DNA from: an uncultured Rikenellaceae bacterium
Lineage (GTDB): Bacteria; Bacteroidota; Bacteroidia; Bacteroidales; VadinHA17
Direction of reading: 5' to 3'
Length of the DNA stretch: 64,000 bases
NCBI GenBank assembly: GCA_964638545.1
Contig: CAZXAM010000001.1
Location: 83,330 to 147,329 of the forward strand
Part shown: piece by piece, positions 26,751 through 40,800 of the stretch
Numbering within the stretch: position 1 is the first letter of the stretch
How the letters are laid out: each line of letters begins with the position of its first letter
Notes under the pieces: model-generated
Database searches by the model: none
Told to the model about the DNA's origin: nothing
What the model saw: the letters and a program-made list of their open reading frames with translations, nothing else
Translations under genes and position numbers: made by a program

Positions 26751-27368
26751 TTACACTACTTTTTTGTGGTTGTGATTTTCCGTATCAAGCAGTCTCTGCC
26801 CCTTTGCAGTAACAACCGCATGCAGGTGGTAATCGATTATGGATTTGAAATAGTCTCTCGCTGAATACTCACTGCGAGTCAGAACATTACTGATAAAAAA
26901 GCTGACAACAGAGGTTATGAAGAAGCGGCTTATCAGTTCAACCTTAATATCCTGCCTGTACAATCTTTCTTTTTTCCCTTTGATCAGGTTCTTTTTCATG
27001 CCTTCAAGAAAAGCTCCAAACCCTGCTTTATGCTGTGTCCCGGAAAGGGCAGGGAACATCTTCCTAAGGTCCTCAAAAAAAACGGGGCTCAGTGAATGAA
27101 AAACCTCTCCCATTCCATAAACTCCCGATTTAAATCCTGTAATTGCATTGACATCTTCAGCATACATTATGGCTATCTTCTTTTCCATATCATTACTAAG
27201 AGTCAGCATGCAGAATTTTAAAAGCCCTTCCTTTGATTCAAAATGATTGTAAATAGTTTTTTTGGTGACACCAGACTTCTCTGCAATTTCATCTATTGAA
27301 ATATGAAGACCAAACTGTTTGAAGACCTCCATGGCCTTTACCGCATATTTCTCCTTCCTGACCGTCAT
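26751..27368 (-). CDS. TetR/AcrR-family transcriptional regulator
   Basis: HTH region ISIDEIAEKSGVTKKTIYNHFESKEGLL. I place the start at ATG 27368. The track's TTG start (27404) lies inside a TATATTTG -7-like box at 27402-27409, so it is probably promoter rather than coding. Confidence 0.8.
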   Translation of the reverse strand: MTVRKEKYAVKAMEVFKQFGLHISIDEIAEKSGVTKKTIYNHFESKEGLLKFCMLTLSNDMEKKIAIMYAEDVNAITGFKSGVYGMGEVFHSLSPVFFEDLRKMFPALSGTQHKAGFGAFLEGMKKNLIKGKKERLYRQDIKVELISRFFITSVVSFFISNVLTRSEYSARDYFKSIIDYHLHAVVTAKGQRLLDTENHNHKKVV

Positions 27369-27511
27369 TGAAATACTTAATTTTTTCAGCTGAATATTTT
27401 GCAAATATACACTTTTTATATTATATTAGTGTATTTAGTATATTACAGACCGGAAATAATTTTCTGACTTTTGACAACGGGTGAGGCGGGAAGTGGTCAG
27501 ATGCTTCGATA

Positions 27512-27623
27512 CCTGAATGCAGCCAATACCGTGTGAGCGAGGTATTGGCGAAATGAAGGATCTACTACTAATTCCGGCTTGCAAGTACAATAATCATAGG
27601 TAAAGCCAACGCTCCGGGGTTGA
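27512..27623. repeat. 112-bp repeat immediately 3' of a TIR gene, copy 2
   Basis: See 11384..11495. It contains the GCCAATACC-N10-GGTATTGGC hairpin. Confidence 0.8.
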
Positions 27624-27674
27624 AAGACTTCCTGGTATCCCAAACGACGTGTGTCATAATTGTTAAGGGAAATC

Positions 27675-30089
27675 TCAGTTCTGATTATACTTTTCCAAGA
27701 TATTCTTAAACTCAGGCTGATTTTTTAATGGTTCCCATATCGGGTCCGTCTCGAGGATCTTAGTTGAGAGGAATCCCGGCATTGCCAAAAGATATTTTAT
27801 TTGCTCCAATGCTTCAGGGTATTTTCCAATCATCACATAGGTATGTGCAAGATCCTCAACCAGGAAAACTCCCCTCCATGCTTCTTTGCTTACCGGGAGC
27901 ATCTTTACGGCTTTCTCATTTAGGCTGACTGCTGCTTCTTCCATGCCTAATCCGGCATTAGCTATTCCCAGAGAACTGTACAGCCTAGGATCCTGCGGAA
28001 AACGATTGATCATATTTTCAAGCATTATGCGGGCTGAATCGTAATAGGCATGCTCGAGCTCAGGTTTATTAATAAAACCGTAAGCAGCAGCATAGTAAAG
28101 ATATTTTGGCCTGAAATAAAACTGACTCTGAAATGCGGCCGATGAGGTCAACGAAAGATCTGCCAGAGCTTCTTTGTATCTGCCATCATATAAATCTATA
28201 ACGACTTTCAATTCTACAAAAAGGGAATCTGACATAAAAGACCTGTTATTAATTTCTCCGTTTTCCAGTACTGCCCTTGCTTTTTTACTGTCGCCCTGCC
28301 ATCTGAGAAACATCTGAGACATGTAAAGATATGGTTGAATCCATTCCGGCTGAAGCATGATAGACAAATTATAATAATATTCAGCTTTCGGATAGTTTCG
28401 ACGCAGGTCAAATATTTCAGCAGCATCATCTGCATACCGGGAAGATCTAGGGTCAAGTTCAAAAGCCCTGGTTAAACAAGACTCCGCCAATGCCCAGTTC
28501 CCTGACCGCCTGTGTACAGCCCCTGACCAATATATAGCTTCCGTGTTTTTGGGTTGCTCTTTCAGTACTATTTCAAATTGTTTAAGGGCTTCAGGGTAAT
28601 TCAAATAACCCATATAGTAATAAATCCCAAAAACCAGATGGGCCTCGGGAAGGTCGGGATCAATCTCGAAAGCTATGTCAATAGCCTGTTTGCACTTAGG
28701 GATTATATCTTCACTTCTGTCCTGGTTAAACCAGTATCTGATCAATAAGCAATAAGCAGTTCCTGTATAAGCCAGGGCAAATTCAGGATCAAGTTCTATT
28801 GCTTTTCCATATAGTTTGTTGGCGGTTTTCAGGTCTTCAATATCGAAACTTTTCCGATAATAGAAATTCGCCTGAAGATAGTAATTGTAAGCTTCCAGGT
28901 TATTTGTCGGTTTCTTTTCAATTTTTTCTAATTCGTCAGGCGACAGAATCTCTTTAAGTTCGCTCGCAATGTCTTTGGCTATGTCGCTCTGAAGAGAAAA
29001 GATCTGTTGCATTTCCCTAACATATTCATTTGACCAGATATGTTTATCGGATTTTGAATCAATCAATTGAACCCAAATCTTTAATTTATTCCCTTCACGT
29101 CCAACACTCCCTTCAACCAGATAATTTGCATTAAGCTCGTTACCGATTATAGCAATGGATTTTTTTGAATCCCTGTATTGGTCTGAAGATGTTCTGGACC
29201 TTACCGTGAAACTTTTTACTGTCTGAAGATTATTGAGGACCTCCTCCATAAAACCATCACAAAAGTACAACTGGGTTGTATCATTGCTGAGGTTCCGGAA
29301 AGGGAGAACCGCAATAGTTTTTTCAGTCGTTTTGAACGGTTTAATGTATTTAGGAATAAAGAAGTACGCAAGCAGAACAAGAACAAGCAATACGAAAATA
29401 ACCGTAATGATTTTTGGTTTCAGATTTCTTCCCAGTTCAGGCTTTTCTTCTACATATCCTTTTGAAACCTTGCCACCCTCTATACTAAATGCATTCAGGG
29501 CAGAAATAACCTCTTTGATTGCATTACCAACCTTATTTATCTGGTTCCTGTAATTTGTATGATTCAGATTTTCCTGTGGATTTTCCTCCTTCGGCATCAA
29601 TGGCCTGTTTACCCCAGCCGATCTGAAGATAAAGTCAACACCGCGAAGCATTCCGCCCAAAACTGATTCACACGATTTAATATCGGTGGCGTCCAGATCA
29701 TAAATACGAACAGGAAGTACTCTGCTCGCAACATTCCCGTTAGGTAATTTTACCTTCAATCCAAACCTGTCATTGGATGCCTGCTCCACAAATGCCTTAA
29801 ACTCATGCTCCCATGCAAAGGATTTCGGATCGCAGTACGTGCGGGAAATAATCGGAATAAAAACCAGGCACCTGAGCTTTTCTTTCAGCGACTCATCCAC
29901 ATCATGTGTCTCAAGAAGTCCGTCATGAGGATTTTGATCGAAGTAGACACTGATTTCTTCCTTAAAAGTGGCTTCGACCTCTTTCTTAAGGTTTTCAACG
30001 AACTCAGTTACCCATCCGTCATACTTATTGTCTTTCTGTCGGTAACTGATAAAGATGTCGTAATTATATCCTTCGATAATGCTTGACAT
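27675..30089 (-). CDS. TIR-domain single-pass membrane receptor with TolB-N-like + TPR periplasmic tail (804 aa)
   Basis: Head residues 1-129 differ from the 4899..7076 protein at only 4 positions by my count. A TM helix (IITVIFVLLVLVLLAYFFIP) follows, then IAVLPFRNLSNDTTQLYFCDGFMEEVL...YLVEGSV...VQLID, then a long TPR-like region. Confidence 0.8.
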   Translation of the reverse strand: MSSIIEGYNYDIFISYRQKDNKYDGWVTEFVENLKKEVEATFKEEISVYFDQNPHDGLLETHDVDESLKEKLRCLVFIPIISRTYCDPKSFAWEHEFKAFVEQASNDRFGLKVKLPNGNVASRVLPVRIYDLDATDIKSCESVLGGMLRGVDFIFRSAGVNRPLMPKEENPQENLNHTNYRNQINKVGNAIKEVISALNAFSIEGGKVSKGYVEEKPELGRNLKPKIITVIFVLLVLVLLAYFFIPKYIKPFKTTEKTIAVLPFRNLSNDTTQLYFCDGFMEEVLNNLQTVKSFTVRSRTSSDQYRDSKKSIAIIGNELNANYLVEGSVGREGNKLKIWVQLIDSKSDKHIWSNEYVREMQQIFSLQSDIAKDIASELKEILSPDELEKIEKKPTNNLEAYNYYLQANFYYRKSFDIEDLKTANKLYGKAIELDPEFALAYTGTAYCLLIRYWFNQDRSEDIIPKCKQAIDIAFEIDPDLPEAHLVFGIYYYMGYLNYPEALKQFEIVLKEQPKNTEAIYWSGAVHRRSGNWALAESCLTRAFELDPRSSRYADDAAEIFDLRRNYPKAEYYYNLSIMLQPEWIQPYLYMSQMFLRWQGDSKKARAVLENGEINNRSFMSDSLFVELKVVIDLYDGRYKEALADLSLTSSAAFQSQFYFRPKYLYYAAAYGFINKPELEHAYYDSARIMLENMINRFPQDPRLYSSLGIANAGLGMEEAAVSLNEKAVKMLPVSKEAWRGVFLVEDLAHTYVMIGKYPEALEQIKYLLAMPGFLSTKILETDPIWEPLKNQPEFKNILEKYNQN

Positions 30090-30112
30090 TCTGAAACTAA
30101 TTTGTTCATTAT

Positions 30113-30144
30113 CAAAGTTAAACCATTATGATAACAAATGCAAG
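30113..30144 (-). promoter_or_regulatory. Putative promoter of the 27675..30089 TIR gene (cTTGCA ... TAACTTTG)
   Basis: Minus strand: CTTGCATTTGTTATCATAATGGTTTAACTTTG. Homologous to the other three TIR promoters, with a weaker -33. Confidence 0.45.
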
Positions 30145-30170
30145 AAGAAGATCCTTCACTTCGTTCAGGA
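30144..30170. repeat. 27-nt REP arm GAAGAAGATCCTTCACTTCGTTCAGGA
   Basis: Identical to 11231..11257 and inverted relative to the arm at 27512-27562. Confidence 0.8.
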
Positions 30171-30178
30171 AGTGGTAC

Positions 30179-30221
30179 AAAAAAAATGGTGCGATTTAAT
30201 ATGAATCTTAAATCGCACCAT
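30179..30221 (-). terminator. Rho-independent terminator of the esterase gene string
   Basis: The minus strand shows ATGGTGCGATTTAA-8 nt-TTAAATCGCACCAT (14-bp perfect stem) followed by an 8-nt U-run, 20 nt after the stop at 30241. Confidence 0.8.
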
Positions 30222-30240
30222 CAGCTATTATTTGTTGTTC

Positions 30241-31569
<1,329 letters not shown>

Positions 31570-31576
31570 TTATTAG

Positions 31577-32854
<1,278 letters not shown>

Positions 32855-32890
32855 TTAAAGATTCTTAATTTATTGAATTGATACTATTTC

Positions 32891-34207
<1,317 letters not shown>

Positions 34208-34258
34208 TTAAAATATAACAATAACTTTTTCTATCATTTATTCTTATCAGTCAGTTGT

Positions 34259-35560
<1,302 letters not shown>

Positions 35561-35669
35561 TTAAAAAACTGAGAATTGGCAATAGTTAATTAGGGTTTAT
35601 ATTCACAATCACACTTTTAATCTGGTAAATCATGGAATTTATTCGCAGTCACCTTTTTTAAAGGAATAA

Positions 35670-37088
35670 TTATCTTGGTATTCCGCCGCCCTTAAATTCC
35701 GGGGTAGCGCTCATCTTTAAAACAGCCTTTTCCCCTTCCACATTGAATATCATAAATTCAGGACGCTCTGGCGTGTAAGGTGTCCAGATCCCAGCTGCGC
35801 TGCCGTTCGGATCGCCGTATTTGGCGAAATTTGTCCAGAAATCAACCATTTTTTTGCTCAGTTCGTCATCGCCTGCATTGAAAGGACGCCAGCTGTGCCT
35901 GAAAGAATGGAACACATACCAGAGATCAGAAGAGTGGAAAGCTCCGCTGCTGTCGCCGGGCAGAGGTCGTGCAAATAAATATGCATATGCAGAATGGCTG
36001 CTCTTTTCAGCCCTGAGAGCGCAAAAATCACCGACAGGCTTTGTCATGTCGTTCATGTCATTAGCTGTAAAGCCAATCATATAAGGGACATCTGCAATCT
36101 GATTGGCAAGCGCCATTTCACTGAAAGTGCCGGTCAACAGGTAATTATCTGTCACAGGGCTCCACATCACACGTTTTCTGGTTTCTGCGGTATAATCAGC
36201 GGACATCTGGCGCATATCATCAAATGTAAGAGCCCTCATTTGTTCGAGAGTAGTCTTGCCGAAATGGTCCATCATCCTCTTATTGGCAATCTGTGCAGTA
36301 TCGAGTAAAATACCAGGTCTCATGTTGCTAAGGCCGCCTCCGCTCATGATGACAGCCTTGCTTATCAGACCCTTCGACAGCGGTGAGGCGCACAGCGACT
36401 GAACGCTGCCTGCACCGGCACTCTGGCCGAAGATCATTACCTTATCAGGGTCGCCTCCAAACTGGGCAATATTGTTCTTTATCCATTTAAGTGCTGCAAC
36501 CTGGTCCAGTAAACCATAGTTCCCCGACACTCCATTCGGGCTTTCAGCCGACAGTAGGGGGTGTGAAAAGAATCCCATTGAGCCGAGACGGTAAGTTACC
36601 TGAACAAGGATCACTCCACGTGAAGCATAGTCCTCTCCTCCGTCCATTTCAGGTTCAAAGCCAAATCCTTCACGGTAGCCTCCGCCATGGATCCACATGG
36701 CAACAGGCAGTTTCTTCCCAGCTTTGCCTGCAGCAGGAGTCCAGACATTAAGATAGAGACAGTCTTCACTGAAAGGAACAGACCCGCTTGCCCTCCATTC
36801 CCTGCCATAAAAACTCTGTGGGTCCCAAGTCATTTGAGAAGCTGCATCACCATATTTGTCCGCCACCTTCACTCCCTCCCAGGGTACAACGGGTTGAGGC
36901 TCTTTCCAGCGCAGTTCGCCTACCGGAGGAGCTGCAAAAGGAATACCCTTGTATGCAATAACCCCCTTTGTCGGAGTTGGCACGCCGGTGATTTTTCCGC
37001 CCTCAACGGTCAGAACAGGATTTGAATCGCTGCAGGAGACCAATGCCCATCCAGCAATTGCCAGGATAATAAGAATTTTGCTTTTCAT
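35670..37088 (-). CDS. Type-B carboxylesterase (COesterase family)
   Basis: Matches the family in EDCLYLNVWTP, MWIHGGGY, FGGDPDKVMIFGQSAGAGS (G-x-S-x-G) and LWYVF. Lipoprotein-like signal ILAIAGWALVSC. Confidence 0.85.
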   Translation of the reverse strand: MKSKILIILAIAGWALVSCSDSNPVLTVEGGKITGVPTPTKGVIAYKGIPFAAPPVGELRWKEPQPVVPWEGVKVADKYGDAASQMTWDPQSFYGREWRASGSVPFSEDCLYLNVWTPAAGKAGKKLPVAMWIHGGGYREGFGFEPEMDGGEDYASRGVILVQVTYRLGSMGFFSHPLLSAESPNGVSGNYGLLDQVAALKWIKNNIAQFGGDPDKVMIFGQSAGAGSVQSLCASPLSKGLISKAVIMSGGGLSNMRPGILLDTAQIANKRMMDHFGKTTLEQMRALTFDDMRQMSADYTAETRKRVMWSPVTDNYLLTGTFSEMALANQIADVPYMIGFTANDMNDMTKPVGDFCALRAEKSSHSAYAYLFARPLPGDSSGAFHSSDLWYVFHSFRHSWRPFNAGDDELSKKMVDFWTNFAKYGDPNGSAAGIWTPYTPERPEFMIFNVEGEKAVLKMSATPEFKGGGIPR

Positions 37089-37186
37089 AGTATTTACAGG
37101 TTAACTAAATTTTCGGGTTTCTATTAAAAATTTCAACAGTAAGTCCTGATGAGGGTATTAAATACCACTTATTTTTAAACATCCTG

Positions 37187-38104
37187 TCACTTAATGTTCT
37201 TTCTGTCAGTCTTCCAGTTGGGATCTTTCGACAGGCCGCACGGATCTCCCGTAAAGAGAGCGCCGGCTACCTTGTCGCCTTTCAGCTGCCACTGACACCA
37301 GGCTGTTGCCACTTTGGCGAATTCACCTCCGTGAGGCTTGCTGTAGGTCCCTCCGTGTCCGACATCCATGTTAGCGGCAAATACCGGCAGATTGTTTATG
37401 CGGTTGAAATCATCCATGCCGTTTGCATAAGCAATGTCCTTCTCGCCTCCGAGCAAGTAAAGGACCGGTGTATGAAGTTTCAGGAGATGTTCCTTTGTCA
37501 GGCCCGGCATTCCTGCCATTCCGGCTCCCGGATTGGGAAGTATACCGCTGTTACAAACTATAACGGTGGATACTCTCGGATCAGGTCCTGCTTCGAGCGC
37601 CTGCAAACCTCCGCACGACATTCCGCTGACCGCGATCTTCGTTATATCGATTTTATTATAATAGGGACTTGCTTTGTCGTTGTTCTGAGCTATCGCCCAA
37701 TTGATAGCATCGATAATCGTCCCTGATCCCGATCTGCCCATACCGCCTTTTTCACCTTCCTGCGGCATAGGCCCTATGGCAATCACCAGGAAGCCATGGG
37801 AAGCAATCTCCGACAGGAAGTTTATATGTTCCCAGGGCGAATTGGCGCATGCTCCGTTACCCCAGGAAATAACCGGCAGTTTTGTTTTGCTTCCGAATGG
37901 TTTCAGGTCGGCGGGCCTGAAAACAGTATGTGTCGGAAGAGAGCTTTCTGACAGCATTATTGCAGGCCATTGACCTGTACCGCCATCTTCCACTGTCCTT
38001 TGAGTCGGCTTTCCGGGTGAAGATGGTTCTTGTGATCTGCCCTGATACGTTATGCCCAGTCCGGCAGCTAACAGAAGAATAAAAAGTGATTGTGCTTTTT
38101 TCAT
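37187..38104 (-). CDS. Secreted alpha/beta-hydrolase (esterase; family not resolved)
   Basis: Signal peptide, a nucleophile-elbow-like segment AVSGMSCGG, and late D/H candidates (GGEKD, VGHGG). Its context among xylan esterases suggests a carbohydrate esterase. Confidence 0.5.
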   Translation of the reverse strand: MKKAQSLFILLLAAGLGITYQGRSQEPSSPGKPTQRTVEDGGTGQWPAIMLSESSLPTHTVFRPADLKPFGSKTKLPVISWGNGACANSPWEHINFLSEIASHGFLVIAIGPMPQEGEKGGMGRSGSGTIIDAINWAIAQNNDKASPYYNKIDITKIAVSGMSCGGLQALEAGPDPRVSTVIVCNSGILPNPGAGMAGMPGLTKEHLLKLHTPVLYLLGGEKDIAYANGMDDFNRINNLPVFAANMDVGHGGTYSKPHGGEFAKVATAWCQWQLKGDKVAGALFTGDPCGLSKDPNWKTDRKNIK

Positions 38105-38263
38105 GTGTTAATTTTTATTTTATAATGAAAGAAGATCGATCTAAATAGAGTTTTAATTTTAATCAAATTAAGGTTCTTAAAGAATAGAAGAAACAGCAAT
38201 TCCTTTCAATTTTTCGTCACGGATTTTAAATATATGTCAAAAATAATGAAATTGAGATAAAAG

Positions 38264-40654
38264 CTATTCATACCTCAGGGAATCGACAGGATTCTTTGCC
38301 GAAGCCCTGTAGCTTTGGAAAATAACGGATCCTACGGCAATTAAAAATGCAATAATTCCCGTCAATGCAAAGATCAGCCAGCTGACAGTGGTCTGATAGG
38401 CGAATCCCTGAAGCCATCTGCGCATTATTATCCAGGCAACAGGGCAGGCAATAATAAAAGCCGGTATCTCGAACCTTATAAAGTATGACAGCATCAGCAG
38501 GATTATATCTTTTGTTTCTGCTCCGTTGACTTTTCTGTAACCAATCTCCTTTGTACGCTGCTCTGCAATGGAGCTTACCAGTCCGAACAGCCCGAGGGCA
38601 ACTACAAGTATGGCCAGCAGAGCAAATGCCGTCAGGATCCTGCTCAGCCTTTTCTCTTCGTTGTATTGCCTGTCGAAATATTCGGTGCTTAAAAAGTAAT
38701 CAAAAGGATCTCCTGGATAGTGTTTAGGCCATACAGACTGAAGATGGGCCAGCATTTTTTGCTGATCGCCCTGAAACCTGAAAGAATAAAATCCAAATTC
38801 AAAAGGATGCCTGTGAATGAAAACGACTGGTTCCGTTGGCTTTTTAAGTCCCTCGTGGTGAAAATCATTTACAACCCCTTTGATTGTGTATCTGACGTTT
38901 CCGATGAGGAATTGTTTTCCTACAGCAGCCTGTGGTGAGTCATATTCAAGAACTTTTACAAGCGATTCAGATATGATGGCTCTGGCTGTATCCAGTATTA
39001 TCGGTTGTTCGAAGTTCCTGCCTGCCAGCAGCTTTAGTCCATAGGCAGGAATATATCCGTCGTCGATAAGGCCTTGTACTACTTCAAGTTTCAGGTTTCC
39101 CGGCATATCGGATCTTGAAATATTGCTGATCCTGAACCTCATGGGCTGGCCCGGAACATTCATGCTCGCTGTTCCGCTTACAAATCCGGATTGCTGGAGG
39201 ACCTCATCGCGAAATGCAAGAAAATGTTCCCTGCGCAAGGAATCGGTATGTGTTGATGCTGCACCCCTGAGAACTATAACCTGGTTCAGGTCAATGCCAA
39301 GATCAGCTTTCTGCATGAAACGTATCTGCCTGGTCACTGTCAATGAGCAGATCACAAGGAAGCACGACATAAAGAACTGGATTCCCACAAGCCATAGTGA
39401 ACCGCTGTTCTTTGAGATTTTCTTCTGCTGTGCAAGTGAAGGATCGACCTTCAGGGAGGGTACAGATCCTATTAATGCCATCACGATTATCCCTGCCGGG
39501 ATCAGTGCAGCAGTCAGAAGAATGATATTTGAGTAATTGACATAACCATCCGAAATAGGAGTGTTGATCAGCCTGCTGAAAAAGCCCGAAGTGAGAAAAT
39601 ACAATAGCACTGAAATGATCACAGCTGCAGAATTGATGATAATACTTTCAGTAAGTGACATCCCGAACAAGGAGCGCCTGCCTGCTCCAAGCTTCCTGTG
39701 TATTGCAAATACATTCAGTCTTTTACGTGCAATAGCCGTTGACATGTTCACATAGTTCATCCAGATTATAACCAGTATGAGAGCAGCAATGACCGAGAGG
39801 GCATTAATTGTTTTTACCCTCGTACTTGTACCGAATTCTCCGGCCCGGTCCGTACTATAATGCAGGCTTTCGAGAGGCTGCAGGGTAAACTTACCTGTAC
39901 GATTCTGTCTCTCAAGGAAAGTAAGGTACTTCTTTGAGATCTCTTCCAGTGATTTTTCAACATTCAGAGGATCAGCACCTTTTTTAATTTTAATATATGT
40001 CCACCAACCCGCTCCGTTGAAATTCTCCGTTCGTGGGATCCCTCCGTCTTCCACCCATGTCCGGATTGGCATAAAATAGTCGCAATGAATATGGCAGTTT
40101 ACAGGAAGATCTTTAAATATTCCCGTGATTTCGTGACGCATGCCCTGGTTTACCAGAAGGACTTTGCCGATAGGATCCTCATTCCCGAAGATTTCCCTGG
40201 CTTTTGATTCAGAAATAATGCAGAAGAACGGGTCATTTAATCTTGCTGCTCCGCGGATCATTTCCAATTCAAACATTTCAGCAAAATCCCCTTCCACCCA
40301 CAGGTCGCTCTGATCGCTGAAAAGATGTTCGTCGTATTTTACCAGTACATCTTCATAATAGGTTGTGGCGCTCAGTTCGATTTCAGGAATTTCTTCCTTT
40401 ACAACCCTGAAGAGCCTTCGCGGAGTCTTGGCTGAATGAAGAACACTTTCACCGTTCTGGGTAATGTCGTAGTTTATACGATAGATCTGTTTATAGGATT
40501 TGAAATATTTATCATATCCTTTTTCATAACCAATATATATGACAAGCCGGACAAAGAACAGCATTCCAACCGCAAGGCCAAATACGTTCAGCAGTGCATG
40601 AAATTTATTCTTCCGGAGGTGATTCCAGGTAGACCGGAGGTTTATGAGATTCAT
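38264..40654 (-). CDS. FtsX/MacB-like ABC transporter permease (orphan, no adjacent ATPase)
   Basis: 796 aa with two MacB_PCD-like periplasmic regions, each followed by an FtsX 3-4 TM bundle. The start …LRKNKFHALLNVFGLAVGM… is typical of the family. Confidence 0.8.
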   Translation of the reverse strand: MNLINLRSTWNHLRKNKFHALLNVFGLAVGMLFFVRLVIYIGYEKGYDKYFKSYKQIYRINYDITQNGESVLHSAKTPRRLFRVVKEEIPEIELSATTYYEDVLVKYDEHLFSDQSDLWVEGDFAEMFELEMIRGAARLNDPFFCIISESKAREIFGNEDPIGKVLLVNQGMRHEITGIFKDLPVNCHIHCDYFMPIRTWVEDGGIPRTENFNGAGWWTYIKIKKGADPLNVEKSLEEISKKYLTFLERQNRTGKFTLQPLESLHYSTDRAGEFGTSTRVKTINALSVIAALILVIIWMNYVNMSTAIARKRLNVFAIHRKLGAGRRSLFGMSLTESIIINSAAVIISVLLYFLTSGFFSRLINTPISDGYVNYSNIILLTAALIPAGIIVMALIGSVPSLKVDPSLAQQKKISKNSGSLWLVGIQFFMSCFLVICSLTVTRQIRFMQKADLGIDLNQVIVLRGAASTHTDSLRREHFLAFRDEVLQQSGFVSGTASMNVPGQPMRFRISNISRSDMPGNLKLEVVQGLIDDGYIPAYGLKLLAGRNFEQPIILDTARAIISESLVKVLEYDSPQAAVGKQFLIGNVRYTIKGVVNDFHHEGLKKPTEPVVFIHRHPFEFGFYSFRFQGDQQKMLAHLQSVWPKHYPGDPFDYFLSTEYFDRQYNEEKRLSRILTAFALLAILVVALGLFGLVSSIAEQRTKEIGYRKVNGAETKDIILLMLSYFIRFEIPAFIIACPVAWIIMRRWLQGFAYQTTVSWLIFALTGIIAFLIAVGSVIFQSYRASAKNPVDSLRYE

Positions 40655-40708
40655 TGTCTTTTGTAATTTTTGAAAATATTGTTCTCCTTTTAGCTTTTAT
40701 TATTCTTA

Positions 40709-40797
40709 TCCTTTATGTATCCTTTGAGCGCCTTTGTGGTTAATTTTTTTTACCACAAAGTATCTCAAAGGTTATCACAAAGGAACACAAAGGAATA
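40709..40797. repeat. Inverted cluster of CTTTGNG / CNCAAAG heptamer words
   Basis: CCTTTGAGcgcCTTTGTGGTta-attttttttt-aCCACAAAGtatCTCAAAGG forms an imperfect hairpin at 40721-40771. It is followed by tatCACAAAGGaaCACAAAGGaa. Confidence 0.75.
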
Positions 40798-40800
40798 CTT

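Noticed and set aside
38264-40654. The FtsX/MacB-like permease as part of an unusual transport system within the PUL
   Set aside because: Orphan FtsX-type permease paralogues without an adjacent ATPase are commonplace in Bacteroidota genomes. Nothing in the sequence links it to its neighbours.
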